Shown here: piece by piece, positions 50,906 through 64,000 of the stretch
How positions within the stretch are numbered: the stretch's first letter is position 1
How the letters are laid out: each line of letters opens with the position of its first letter
Assembly: GCA_025786725.1 (NCBI GenBank)
Contig: JAHLTZ010000006.1
Coordinates: forward strand, 620,001 to 684,000
Source: Syncephalis fuscata S228
Taxonomy: Eukaryota > Fungi > Zoopagomycota
Length of the DNA: 64,000 nt
Direction: 5' to 3'
The notes under the pieces: model-generated
What the model saw: the letters and a program-made list of their open reading frames with translations, nothing else
Databases searched by the model: none
Told to the model about the DNA's origin: nothing
Position numbers and translations under genes: made by a program

Positions 50906-53900
50906 ATGAGCACCGCCGCGCCGACTTTGCATAGACAGCCGCAGCCGCAGTCAGGGCCAGCACAGCAGCAATCACAGCCAGTGCCACAGCGACGCCCCGC
51001 CTACAGTCTATAAGTATTTACAACGACTTTAATACATCTAGGCTAACATATTTTGTCGCTTGGATTGATGTTATGTGCGCGCGCGTTTATTGTTGTCTAT
51101 ACTCGTCAGCAGAAATGTACATTGAATTTTGAAGATCTGTACGATCGTGCAGTTCAGGTAATTATACTGCTTCAAACAGCTTATTGGATATAGATGATAA
51201 GAAACTATTGTGTAGGGCGTCGTGGAACTAGTTGTAGCACCAAACAGTGAAAAACTAACGGAAATACGGCTTAATTGTCGTCAGTGTCGTATCCTTTGAT
51301 GCTGCCTAATCATCATCTATTTTAAACATACTATTCTTAATTTGTATTTAGAAATACAATCGGTTTATGTTAATGACCATGTGGCTACTTTCCAGCACGT
51401 TGATCCGCTCGATCAATTATTTGTATCGCGTTCGGATGAAGAGCAGTTTGACGTGTCATGTGTGGCCCAAGTACGCTACCGACAAAGTGAGCGTATTTTT
51501 GAAGGTAATCAGGGTGAACTACATATCCAATTGCCATCAAGTGTATCTGTCGTAAAGGTAATTGAAGGATAATACACATTATTGTATTTGTAATAGTTTT
51601 TATTAGATAAAAAACGAAAGTATGGATACAACCGAGAATACACAGCCGACAACAAATAAAGATGGTAATAAAGATAAACTATTATTTACTATAAACTCAC
51701 TCTTAATGACATAGAAGCCAAAGATGAAGATGAATATGAACCTTTTACTGTTCGAGTTGAATATCGGTTGGATGAGCCGCAGGCAGGCCTGTTCTTTGTA
51801 TTACCCGATCCAATTGCGGCACCCAATGTTAGCTGCTTTTCATGTAATTTAAGCGATTTACTAATTAGTTTGTACTTAGAGGCCACCCACGATCTACACA
51901 AGTAATCAGCGATATCCAGGTGCTGCTCGACTATGGATGCCATGTCTAGACCGTATTGATGAGTGTGGTATTTGGGAATTAGTATTCCAATTTCCAGCAT
52001 ATGTAGAAGGTGAACAAGATGACGATACAGCTTTGCCCGTCTCAGTTGCATGTGTGGGTAAACAAGTAGAAGAGGTATTTAGATAGATAAATATATTTCA
52101 TTTATAGGTAGATTATTAAATAATTGATATTATGGCAACAATTATAAGATCATGGATGAGCATTTAAAGCGAAAACGCGTTAAATTTGAACTGAATGTTC
52201 CTATTTCAGCACCTATGATCTCGTTTGCCATCGGCTGTATGGAAGTAATAGATTGTAATATGGCCAGTATGACGGCACTCAACGATAGTAGTCCAGTATT
52301 TAATGCCTGCAATAATACTGATATCACAGCTATTGGCACAATTACTGAACTAACTACCATAAGCAATCACATTCAATCGGAAGTGCCGGTAAAGGCTTAC
52401 TGTCCCATTGGAAAATTAGAACAAGCCATCCATACTTGTCGTCATGTGGCGCAGGTTAGTTAATAGTATAAATGCATCTAATTAATTCAAATAGATTAAT
52501 TAATACGGAATCGTTATAGATGATGCAATTTTTTGTTAAAGAAATCAGTTCTTATCCGTTTCCTTCTTGTCAAATTGTATTTGTAGACGAATTGTGTTCA
52601 ACCACATTAACAGGTGCTGGTCTTATTATAGTTAGGTAAGTTTATGGATTATACACGTTATATTGTCTAAATATTATAAATAGTACACACTTACTGTATA
52701 GCAAAGACATTATCGAACAAGGATTTGATTCTATTCGCATACTGGCTCTATCCTTGGCCATTCAGTGGTTTGGTGTCTATATTACACCAGCCAGCAAGTA
52801 AGTATTGTAAATGCTATATACATGTATATATATATATGTTTTATTAACCACGATGACAACAACTGTATTACATAAATGATTAGCAACGATGCATGGCTAG
52901 TTGAAGGACTGGCCGAGTATTTGTGTGCCGCTTATTTAAAGAAACGTTTAGGTAATAATGAATATCGATTTCGATTAAAGAAGGTACATTTTGTTTAATT
53001 CAATATACTACTCTATTCTCATACCGTATTATTGTTGTTATTATTTAGGATATGGAACGTGTGTGCGAGATGGATGTTGATCGACCACCCATTGCTCGTT
53101 TCCCATTGAACCGTGCTCTATCCACCGATCAACTGGCATTTATTCGGCTAAAGTCACCATTGGTATTGTTTATGCTCAATAAGCGAATGTTAAAGGGAGG
53201 TCCCTCGCTTGGACTTAACCGTGTTATTCCCAAAATGATTCTATCGGCCATGAATGGCGAATTAGGTTTGTCAAATGCTGTGAGCACCACATGGTTTCTA
53301 CGTACTTGCCGCAAAGTATCAAACATGGATCTGAAGTCATTCACTCAAGAGTGGATATATCCTTTTTGTAAAAGCTAACCAACGATGATTGATGCAGTTG
53401 AAAGGGCAGTATTCTTAACGCTGTATTGTTGGTGATTACATTTAGCGCAGGATGTCCGGTATTCTATTTTAAATATGCCTTCAATCGAAAAAAGATGGTT
53501 GTAGAAATCACTATGGAACAGGCATCAACAGCGGATCAAGGTGCATTGGCTCTTGGTGAACAAGTGAATGTACGCAACTCGACAGTATTTACGGTAATGA
53601 TTTTAATCAACCAGGTTGCTGTTTTTAGACTAATTAACAAACGATACTCGGTATTGTTATTTATGTAAATAGGGCCAGATGACAGTTAGTGTACAAGAGG
53701 CAGATGGTACACTTTATGAGCATGTACTTGATATTCAAGAGAACCATCAAAAGTTTGAAGTGCAGTTTAACACAAAGTATAAGCGTATTAGACGTACAAC
53801 AAAACGATTTCAAGCTAGGCAAGCGGCGGCAGCGGCAGAAGATGCCAACGCAGCAGCCGAAGTGGCAGCCGAACTACAAGAAGGTGAATGGATTGCCAAA

Positions 53901-56900
53901 GATGACGAGGAGGCCAAACGAGCCTGGCGTATCGTTGAATGGGGCGAGGAAGAAGAAGATGTTGAAAGTACGAAAAGGTGATTTAAATGACAGCATATGT
54001 TGCGATAAATATGATTGACTCGAATATTAATTAACGTTGTATTAGTGGCACATTTGAATGGATTCGAATGGATTCAGATTTTGAATGGCTTTGTACCATC
54101 AATTTCTATCAGCCAGGTGCTATGTGTAGTGCACAGTTACTTAAAGAACGCGACGTCATTGCTCAGTATGAAGTAAGTGGTTGGTCATGGTAAATAGTTG
54201 ATAAGTTGACACAAGTATGGCTGATTATAGGCAGCAGTAGCACTGGGGACTATGCCATCCACAGCAGCCTCCACATCTTTAACTCGTGCTGTTATGGATC
54301 CAAAGTGTTTCTATCGTGTTCGTATGGAAGCGGCTCTTTCTTTAGCCAAAGCAAGTTGTCGATTGACTATTTGACATATTAGTTACTAATCTTATTTATT
54401 AGTGTGCTATTAAAGAAACAGAAAATATTGGATTTCATCATTTAATTAAAATCTATGAATGGCGATACGGTTTTTCACTTATATCCTTGTTGGCTGGACA
54501 TGCCACCATGCCAAAGCCCAATGATTTTTCAAATGTATCGGAATATTTTGTACAAAAGGTAGAGTAATCATTACTGAATAATATCGAATAGATAATTAAT
54601 TACCAGTATTATGGAATGATTGATGATGATAGGCAATTATTGTTGCTATGGCTCGGATAAAAGATTCGAGTGGATTGTGCTTACCGGAAGCCATTGTACT
54701 TCTTTTACACTTACTTCGATACAATGATAATTCAGAGAATACGGTAATGATATTACTAGTTGATGGCAATAGTATCGGGCATCTAATTCTTAATATTTTA
54801 CAATTGCTTAGTATTCTGATAGCGACTTTATTGCTACTTTAATATCGGCACTGGCTAGTGCTTTTACGCATAGAGTCGAGAAATCCTATTTGATTGACGA
54901 GGATAGAATTGAGCTATTAAACTCGTTGGCCGAGGATAGTATAAAGGAAATGGAGCGACATCGTTCTCTCGATGCATACCTTCCGTCATTTCATAATGCA
55001 GTGACCGTTTCGTATATTCAGGTAAACAACTGCACTGCTAGTTATATAGCCCATTTACCAGTAAACATGGATTTAGGCAATGTTAAAATTAACCCGTGCC
55101 GGTTATAATGAATTGGATCCAAAGTTGCTAATCGGCTATTCACGTTATGGCAATTTTATTGACATTCGAATGGCAGCTATTTCAGCACTGTCTATTCTGG
55201 CGGTTGACCATCGATATGCGCTACTTAACTATATCCTTGCTATTTCCAATGGAGATCCACATCCAGCAATGCGAGTACATGCGGCTTATTCACTTGCTGA
55301 AGCTTATACTTGGTTGATGTGCCATTATAGTACGGATACCGCATCGGCAATGAACGATACTAAAGCCAGTACCAGTGTCACAACAGTAAACGGCACTGTA
55401 GCAAATAGGGATAAAGATAAGAAAGCCCATCGTCCAAAAGAGCGTATTCTTGAGGCTTTAAAAAAAATTCGTTTTGAGATTGCTCAGCATAAAGAAGTAC
55501 AACAGCAGTTATGGCGAATGATTACGTAGGTTGTTTTTATTAATTAATAATAAGCATAGCGAATAACACTTATTATCAGACAAACACCCTTGTTAGACGA
55601 TAGAATTAGACGACAGGTCGAACTGTTGTGTGAGATATTGTATGAACAAACAGTACCGATAGTAGCAACAACACGGCCTGGATCAGTAACCAAATTGAAG
55701 ATCCGAGTTCCCTCTCAAATAGAAATGGAAAAGGTTAAATCAGCCGGTGCACTATCGGCAACGACAACAACACCGATAACGCTAGCAGCAGCAACAATTA
55801 ATAATAAAAACAATCAAAATGCTACTCCACAAAGTAAGTAGATCAGTAACATATTAATATTAACAATAACAATAGCATTTTATTAGAAGGTGCTGATGCA
55901 AGTGGCATGCGCTCACCTGTCTCTGTATCAATTAAAAGGAAAAAACCAAGCGAGACAGCTTCTACAGGACCCAGTAGTAGTGCAGCTACTAAAACTACAA
56001 ATACCAATATCAATACAAATAGTGGCACTAGTACTAGTAGCAGTACCAATGCTGTTAACATTACTAATAGTAATAAGAAGCATATTACAGGACAACGTGG
56101 CCGACCAGTAGTTGAAATTGCATCATCATCATCGCAAATGAATATGGCTGATCGTAAACGTTGCATGCGAATACTAATGAAATTGGTCGGTCATCCATCT
56201 GCTTTACTATTTAATCGACCAGTAGATCCAAAGTTGGATGGCTGTCCGACCTATTATGACATTGTAAAACATCCTATGGATTTGTTAACAATTCGTAAAA
56301 AGCTCGACTCTAATGCTTATCCTAACAAAGAGGCATTTGCTGCCGATGTTCGGCTTATGGTCAATAACTGCTTTTTATTTAATCCACCTGGCACACCAGT
56401 TTATAATCAAGGAATGCAATTAGAAGATGTATTCGACGAACAGTGGTCCTCATGGACTACTAATACAAGTGGTGGTCGAACAGAAGAGATGAATATGACT
56501 ATAGAAGAGAAACCAAGTACAGTTGCAACTACAAGCAGTAGTGTAGTAACCAAGCCAGCTACTGAACGAATATCTGTATCAGATACGAGTACAAAGAATG
56601 CTAATATCTCAACAACAACTAAAACAGCTACATCCTCTACTTCTATGGATTCAGCTTTGGAATCTGAATCTGCTAACATGACAGCATCTGAACAAACAAG
56701 ATGCGAGTCTATTATTAGTAAATTAATGGCACATCGTACGGCTGGACCTTTTCTTTTACCAGTCGATCCAGTGGCCCTTGGTATTCCCAACTATTTTGCT
56801 ATAGGTATGTCAATACAATAGATGGATATGTTTATACATAACTAATATTGCTATTATATGAATAGTTAAATCGCCAATGGATCTAACAACTGTAAAACGT

Positions 56901-57551
56901 AAACTGGATAATGGTATCTACACGACAGTAAAAGCCCTTGATACTGATATTCGTCTTATCTTTTCCAATTGTCGTCTATTCAATCCACCTGATTCGTGGA
57001 TTTACGGAGAAGTTAAAGTGTTAGAAGCATATTACAATGGTTTATGTAAACGAAATCCACCCAAGCGATTACCGAAATCACCGGTAACTGCCATGGCTTT
57101 TAACACCACTGCCTTATCTACGCCGCCGCCACCGGCACCGCCATCCCTGCCTGTAGGTCTTACAAACCAAGAAAAGATACTATGTCGTAAAATATTACGA
57201 AGTCTATTGGACAAGCGTGAATCAGCACCATTTCATATGCCAGTAAGTTTATTATTTATAAGTAACAATAGGCAAAAATGGCTAATTTTATTTATTTAGG
57301 TTGATCCAGTAGCCATGGGCATTCCTGATTATCCAACAATTGTTACACAGCCTATGGACTTTTTAACAGTAGATAAAAAGTTGGAAGCTGGTGATTATCA
57401 AGATATAGCCTCATTTGAAGCGGATATACGCTTAATCTTTGCCAATTGTCGACGATACAATGGACCGGCCCATGTCTATTCCCAATTTGCCGATAATTTA
57501 GAAAAGTATCTGGATCTTAAACTACGTACCAATACACGAGGAAAACCGTGA
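50906..57551 (+). CDS. TAF2: TFIID subunit 2 (aminopeptidase-like fold) fused to three C-terminal bromodomains, multi-exon
   Basis: IRLNCRQC, ARLWMPCLD, LAIQWFG, DAWLVEGLA, LKSPLVLFMLNKR, FNRKKMVVE, HVLDI...FNTKYKRIRR, WIRMDSDFEW, ERDVIAQYE and LLRYNDNSEN. Bromodomains FNRPVDP...PMDL...NCFLFN, FLLPVDP...NCRLFN and FHMP-VDP...NCRRYN are spliced in frame. Confidence 0.92.
51289..51351 (+). other. U12-type (minor spliceosome) GT-AG intron in TAF2
   Basis: Donor GTATCCTTT and branch-like TTCTTAAT close to the AG. Splicing gives RQC-QIQSVYVND. Confidence 0.8.
53357..53439 (+). other. U12-type AT-AC intron in TAF2
   Basis: Donor ATATCCTTT, branch TTCTTAAC (53412-53419), acceptor TAC. Splicing gives FTQEWI-FSAGCP. 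Confidence 0.88.
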
Positions 57552-57609
57552 AAGCAACAGCAATAACAAGATTAGCCGTAATTATTTATAATTATTATAT
57601 AAAAGTAAT

Positions 57610-60600
57610 TTAATAGGCTTGTAGTTCAAGAAATAGTGTATTGGCCATAGCTATATGACGGAATCGAACTGTTTTATACTGCAAATGATAAATCTTTTCT
57701 TTTAAACGAGTAATTAATTGGCGGTATTTTGTTGGTCGTGATTGTAGTACAGAGAAAAAGGCGTACATGGCCAGCCTAATAACAACAATAATAGACAGAT
57801 TGTTAGTTATGAAATAGGGCCATTCATCTTATTAGTCTATTTACCATTTTATCTCACAAAAGTGTATTGATTTATATGGGCCACGTATAAATTGGTTACA
57901 ACAGTAAACAAGTGGCATAACAACACCTATAATGGAGGTAGATTAATATCTATAACTGTATAGAACTTCTATGGTTATTTCTATATTTATGAAACTTACC
58001 GATAAAGATAGCATTACCAGCTGTGCGACAATGTGTTGCCAGTATTAGGTGTAGACGATTGGCTAGGCCACAATAAGCACGGAATACATTTGACAATAAT
58101 GTTTCTCTTGAATTGATGGTCTCATTCATCAATAATGGATCCAAATAGGAATGCATGCATCTAATAAACAATGTGTTATTTATATATGTGTATAAGATGG
58201 CAATTAATAATCATTCAACTAGTTACCTTTTTAAGCGATCCAATATCCACGAACAAGATTGATTTGTTCGATCTAATTGTGTTGCATTACGTAGTGCTTA
58301 TTGTTGTGTCGATGATTAATTATTATTATTATTAACTATTTGTGTATTAATATATTACTTACCATCTAGTTGAAATTTATCATGCTGCCATCGAACATTC
58401 AATGATGCCGTATTAATTAAAAGCCCACACCAAGGGAATTCTAATCAACTATATTAATTGTTATGAATACTTTAGTTACCCACTCTACCTTTGGCGTAGT
58501 TGGATAATACAGGCATGTCAATACCTTCAAAATTGCTTAAACTCTTTTTCGTTTGTATATTACAGCCGTAGGTTGGAAATGCTAAATATTGTAAGTATAT
58601 TAATAGATAATATTTGTGTTATAAACTTACTTTGATATATTTGCTGATAAAGATTCAAAGCTCGTGTTTTACTTGGTGAAATACATATAAAGTCATCGAC
58701 ATAATGGACAAAAAGCTATATTTATAAACATGTGGTTGTTTGTTATGTAAAACGAATAGTAATCTAAAACTTACATCGTCTTCATGGTGATCGATAATGA
58801 CTTCACGACACATAAAGGTATAGTAAAGGCTGTAATACACAATGTTAATGATTATGGCCAACAGTTTTGTTAAGTATTACAATATACTTACACGCAAAGA
58901 ATAGTTGATAGCATTGAACCTTGAGGTAATCCAACTGTTTGATGATATTGTTGCTTGCCAATTCTAATTCGATAGTTATTAATATGTTGTACTAGTATTT
59001 CCAGTAGTTCTTCGCTCGATTGTACCAAGTCTAATCTCTAATAAAATATATTTTAATAGATTGTTATATGTGAACTAATTATATACGACTTACACTTTCT
59101 GAAATAACGCTATTTGTGGGCTTCGGTTGAACTTCATTCACAAAAGACTCTAGCGTGAATTTTGTTACTATGTATTACATCATTTATTAGTATAGCTTTA
59201 TACTTGTAATAGCAGGATAGTAGCCTACATGGATAACTAGCACAGCCTTTGGATTTAATGTTCAATTTTCCTTCATTTCGTATAATTGCTTTATAGTTAT
59301 GTACAGAATATTCCTAGTAGTGCATCAATCCTATATTAACTAAAGTGTATCAATAGATGGCGTGACCAACCTTGTTCAGCATCTGTTTAATTGCCGTAAT
59401 TAATTTATCCTGTGGAATTGTGTCAAAGCTTGTTTGTATATCAATGCGAAAGAAATACAACGGTCTAGAATAAATAATAATAATAATAATAATAATAAAT
59501 ATTTAGAAACTAAAATTGAATTTACCTACCGTGGCTGTTTTGTCAAGTCTAAATGTAATTGATAAGCTTGAATTTTTTGAGAAATCTCTATCCAGCCAGA
59601 TATTGGGCCGAAAAAGGGCGATTCATTTGCTTTCTACAAAATTAAATTAAATTTGCTGAATATAAAACAATTTCGTATAATCCATTACCTTGATAAATTT
59701 TAGCACATTATGCAACCTATCGAGTTGAGCTTTTGAAACACTAGCTGAACTCTAAAGTAAATATAAAATGAATTAATACTCATTATAGTTGACTATCTCT
59801 TACCGAATGCTGCTGACTGGCAATACATCGAAATCCCTGCATCTTCGGTATCAATCTTATTCTCGCTACTGTTTCACCCATTGTAGTATTTGGCTTCTAT
59901 ATTAGTGGTGTTAATATCTATTTATTCCAATTAAGCATTTCACTACCTTTGGTATATAGTGTGATTGTAATAATTGCTGTAAATGTGCATCTGTCATCCG
60001 CTTCCAAATATCATGTCGAAAATAAAATGAACGGTTTTTATAAACACCAGACTCTGTTACGTAGAAGCAGCCCTTGATGATTGTAGCAAATAAGTACCTG
60101 ATAGCAATAATCTAAATGGTATTTACCTGAATAAGCGGCATAATAAAGTGTACAAACACCCATTTAATCCATTCTACAGCAATTTCCTTTTGCTTTTCTG
60201 ATTCAGTTGGTGTTTTATGCATAGAAGCACCTGTCTTTGATGTACCAATCCATTTACAGTGAGATATCTATTAACATTGATAGTTGATAGTTAATAAATA
60301 CATACGCTTTACATTTGAACAATTACCTTGAATCCCATCATCATTTCATCAATTGTTAGTGTTTCATTCTGTTTAAACTGTATAAATCTCTTTAATGCTT
60401 ATTATTCGTTAATTATTAGTCTATTAACTAGTGACTACTTACTTACATAGATGGCTTTCTTATTTTCAATACTACCCCACATCTCAATAGGTATAATACG
60501 TCGCATAACACTATTAACAAATGAAATGACCTAGTAATAACTTTATCAGTTATATAGCGATAGATAGAAACAATGTACTATTACCTGAAAATAACTACTG

Positions 60601-61960
60601 CTAACATCTAATATACTGATTTCATTTAATGTAGATGCATCCCAAGTCTGAATATGCTATAAATTAGCTAATTTGATTGGTTAAATACATTAGAGCCTAT
60701 TTATATCTTACCACTGGACAATGGCAAAGTAATAGACCTGTAATATTACACCGAGTATAGCGCTGAATCATTTGTACAAACAGCGGTTCAGCCTGTTTTA
60801 AACGCCATGGCACTTTCGATTGAAGTCTGCGACTATAAACACGCTTTTGTGTATTAAATTGTTTGGGAAAAACATCTTCTAATAGACTAAAGACTGTCGA
60901 TGATTGTGTTGTCGACATCGTTGTTGAATCAATTTGATTGAATATATCTAATACATAGCTGTCAATAAACTATTAACATTATGAGTTATTAATTGACACT
61001 TACGATCATTTGCAAATCCAAAATTGATAGCATGTTTTTTATATTTAACAAAGCGTGCGTAAAACATGGTTCTCCGTTCTATTTGTTTAATTTCTTTTTT
61101 TCTATTATCATTTATACTTGTTAATGCCATTTACATATCTATCTATATTATAGATATACCTCTTTAAAGTGGATATCTTTTGATTACTCTTGGCACTCGG
61201 TATCTCCTGAGCTACACTTTTACCTATAAAGTGTAAGTATGGCTTATCGCCACTATAATTACTCATTGCCTACCCCATAGTTGATAAATACACTGGTTAG
61301 GCAAGGCTCTGAACAAAGTTACTTTTAACAACAAATGTTCAAATGCCTTTTTTCCAATTCTATTAATTGTTTTTGTTACTATTAGTAGTAATGCAATATT
61401 AATTAGTTAAATAACTGTACCGTTGACTAAGAATACGCCATGGCATGGATTTCAACTCATTAATTAATGATCGCTGATCTTGATGACATCGCATGTATTC
61501 TTGACTCAATGTTTTAATTCTAGCTTCTGTCTATAGTATCATTTGTTAATACACCTATTTACAAACTATTGTTCATTTGGATACGACTTACACATGACAG
61601 TTCATCTTCGTCAATTTTCATTACTAGTTTTGCTAAAATATGGCTTATCCACTACAAGTACTATATCAATAAACACCTTTTCTATTCCTATTAGTGAATA
61701 TTCACCTTGGTATGAGTAGCTGCATGATGCACTGTCGTTATTGTCGTTGATAAAGGGCGAGCTATTGGTTGGGGCCGTTCGCTATAGGCAACTAGCGTAC
61801 AGCGCAACAATAGTCGGAATTCCAAAGTATCGTCGAAATGTATCCACCAGCTGTTGGTATTCTTTTGTTCCGAGTTGGTGCATATCTCTTGTTCGAATAG
61901 TTGCGTTAAATACGCGTCAAGCGTACATACGTTGGGGTATAAATCCCGAAGAATGTTCAT
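57610..61960 (-). CDS. TERT: Telomerase reverse transcriptase, many small exons
   Basis: TEN/GQ (RIGKKAFEHLL...IYQLWG), T motif FYVTESGVYKNRSFYFRHDIW, motif A FRIDIQTSFDTIPQDKL, B' GLPQGSMLS, C YVDDFI, D YGCNIQTKKS and E FPWCGLLIN. Confidence 0.92.
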
Positions 61961-62169
61961 AGTTGGTGAAAATATAATGAATTCACTATTTTTATGTAAA
62001 CTCCGTATTTATTTTGTCATTTTGATCAATCAAATCAATGATATTCCACTGTCAATTGCATTCAATAATATTCTAACATTTATCAAACAAAAACATGATT
62101 AATTATACTGACTAGATCTTTAATAATACATTTAACAAAATGTATTAACAATTATATTTATATGATCCA

Positions 62170-63637
62170 TTAGGATCGATAGTCAGCATTAATGCTGACA
62201 TAATCATGCGAAAAATCGCATGTCCACATGGTGGCTTCCTCTTGGCCAAGACCAAGATCGACGTGGATTTCGATATCCTCGTTTTTAAGTAGCTGTGCAG
62301 CAAAAAATTCATCGACTGGCACTGGCTCACCCTTGCTTAGCACAGCAAGTGGCTGTTCAGGCTGAGCGGTGGCCTTAAACGTAACACTGACTCGTTCTGG
62401 TTTAATGGTTGTTTCGCTGCCTGGAGCATAGCCAATGGCACAAAGTACACGTCCCCAGTTAGCATCTTGGCCATAAAGTGCCGTTTTTACTAAAGCACTT
62501 GTGCAAATAGTCGAGGCGATTGTCTTTGCTTGGTTAAAATCTTGCGCATTCTATTGATAATAATACCAAGTATCGTATTAGTTGCATTGCTATGATAATT
62601 TAATATACACCTGCCTTTACGCTAACGGTAACAAATTTTGTAGCACCTTCACCATCACGGACAACGAGCTGAGCAAGTTCAGCAGAGAACTCGGTCAATT
62701 GGTCACGGAATGCAAGGTAGTCGGCGCTATCGGGTGTAATTACTGCTTGTCGATCACCATTACCGGTCCATGCCGCGCCATTGGCCAGTAGAGCAACTGT
62801 ATCATTAGTGCTAGTATCGCCATCGATTGTAATTGCGTTAAAGGATCGATCAACAGCATGGCTAAGTGCTTTTTGTAGCGCATCAGCTCTAACTGCAGCA
62901 TCAGTACAAACAAAGCTTAGCATGGTCGCCATATTTGGATGAATCATGCCGGCACCTTTGGCCATACCAGCCATACGATACTCTTTTCCAGACGGTAGTT
63001 GATAAACACGACTACGCAACTTAGGAAAAGTATCAGTGGTACAAATACCCCGGGCTGCTGTTAACCAATTTGTATGACTGTCACCAAGGTGATTTTGATA
63101 AACCTCAGGCACACCAGTACGAATGCATTGCATTGGTAATGGCTGACCAATAACACCAGTCGACATGACGAGTGTTGCATCGGTTGACGGTGCGTTTGAC
63201 GATAATAGCTCGTTAACCGATGCTGCCATTGCTGCCGCGTCCTTATCGCCTTGCGTGCCAGTAACCGCGTTGGCACAGCCAGCGTTAATTAAAATGGCGC
63301 GTATGGGCCGGCCACTTGGGTCGGCACGGTGACGAGCCAAAAGGGCACGGTCGAATTGCACGGGTGCAGCGGGAAATGCATTACGCGTAAATACCGCGGC
63401 TCCTGTGCATGGCTGGTCCGCCACCAGTAATGTAAGGTCGAGTCCAGACTTTTTTATACCGCAATGAACTGCGCCTAGTCGATAGCCAAGTGGATACGTA
63501 CCGTCAGTTGGTATAAAACGGTCTTTTGACGCTGATGTTGTGTAGTGTCGGCTATAGGCGGCACGATAGGTGCTTCTTGGCGCCAAACGAGAAACAGCTG
63601 CAGCGGTAGCTTGGAACCAAGACTTAGTCAACAGCAT
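62170..63637 (-). CDS. ARG7: Mitochondrial ornithine acetyltransferase / ArgJ (2 exons)
   Basis: [55 protein letters not shown] and [18 protein letters not shown]; Arg/Ser-rich presequence. Confidence 0.96.
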
Positions 63638-64000
63638 AGTAGAAAAAGGTAACTAACTAGAGTAAAAACGAAAAAAATGATTTGTATTTAATATTGGTCC
63701 TGTTTTCTGGATGTCGCCGTAATTGTATTATAGACGTTTACAATTGAAGCTTATACAAATTTGATGTAAATCTTTATCAAGAGAAGGAAAGATAATATCT
63801 TTTTAGAGATGTAAAAATAATAATCTCAAAAAAAAAGATCAATCACATGGAGAAAGATGAATGATCATTTGGCTTTTAAATTATACTAATAGCTAATAAA
63901 TTGCTCAATAAAAATTAACTGCTGAATGAAAATCATAAATAATTTGCAACAGTTGATCAAATATAGTTAAAGTAAGATAATATGTTTATTACTACAAATT

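Noticed and set aside
57610-61960. Reverse transcriptase as a retroelement
   Set aside because: It has the telomerase-specific T and GQ motifs and many introns, with no gag, integrase or LTR; it is TERT.
4867-61960. SGS1, PP4 and TERT as a genome-maintenance cluster
   Set aside because: They are separated by many unrelated genes; co-location in a dense genome is expected by chance.

Overview
AT-rich, gene-dense eukaryotic DNA with many short introns. It looks like an early-diverging fungus; a Zoopagomycota mycoparasite such as Syncephalis is my inference from the gene families, not a database result. Conserved genes recognisable from motifs: RecQ/Sgs1 helicase, TFIIIC tau138 (Tfc3), PP4 catalytic subunit, a PIP kinase, cytochrome P450, an AP-4 beta-like adaptin, Integrator subunit 7, TAF2 fused to three bromodomains, telomerase RT and ornithine acetyltransferase. 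Accessory content: an F-box-like gene, a signal-peptide-bearing atypical protein kinase, two 7TM paralogues, and a 38-49 kb cluster of four intronless secreted AA11 (chitin) LPMOs. The LPMOs share an uncharacterised post-catalytic module and upstream motifs, and three have Lys-rich tails. Most notable: the LPMO cluster, the secreted kinase, U12-type (minor spliceosome) and AT-AC/GC-AG introns in TAF2, INTS7 and PP4, the head-to-head INTS7/AP4B pair, and a membrane-anchored PIP kinase. Several single-base frameshifts fall in conserved genes and are probably assembly errors. Exon boundaries were read by eye; gene spans are start codon to stop codon.
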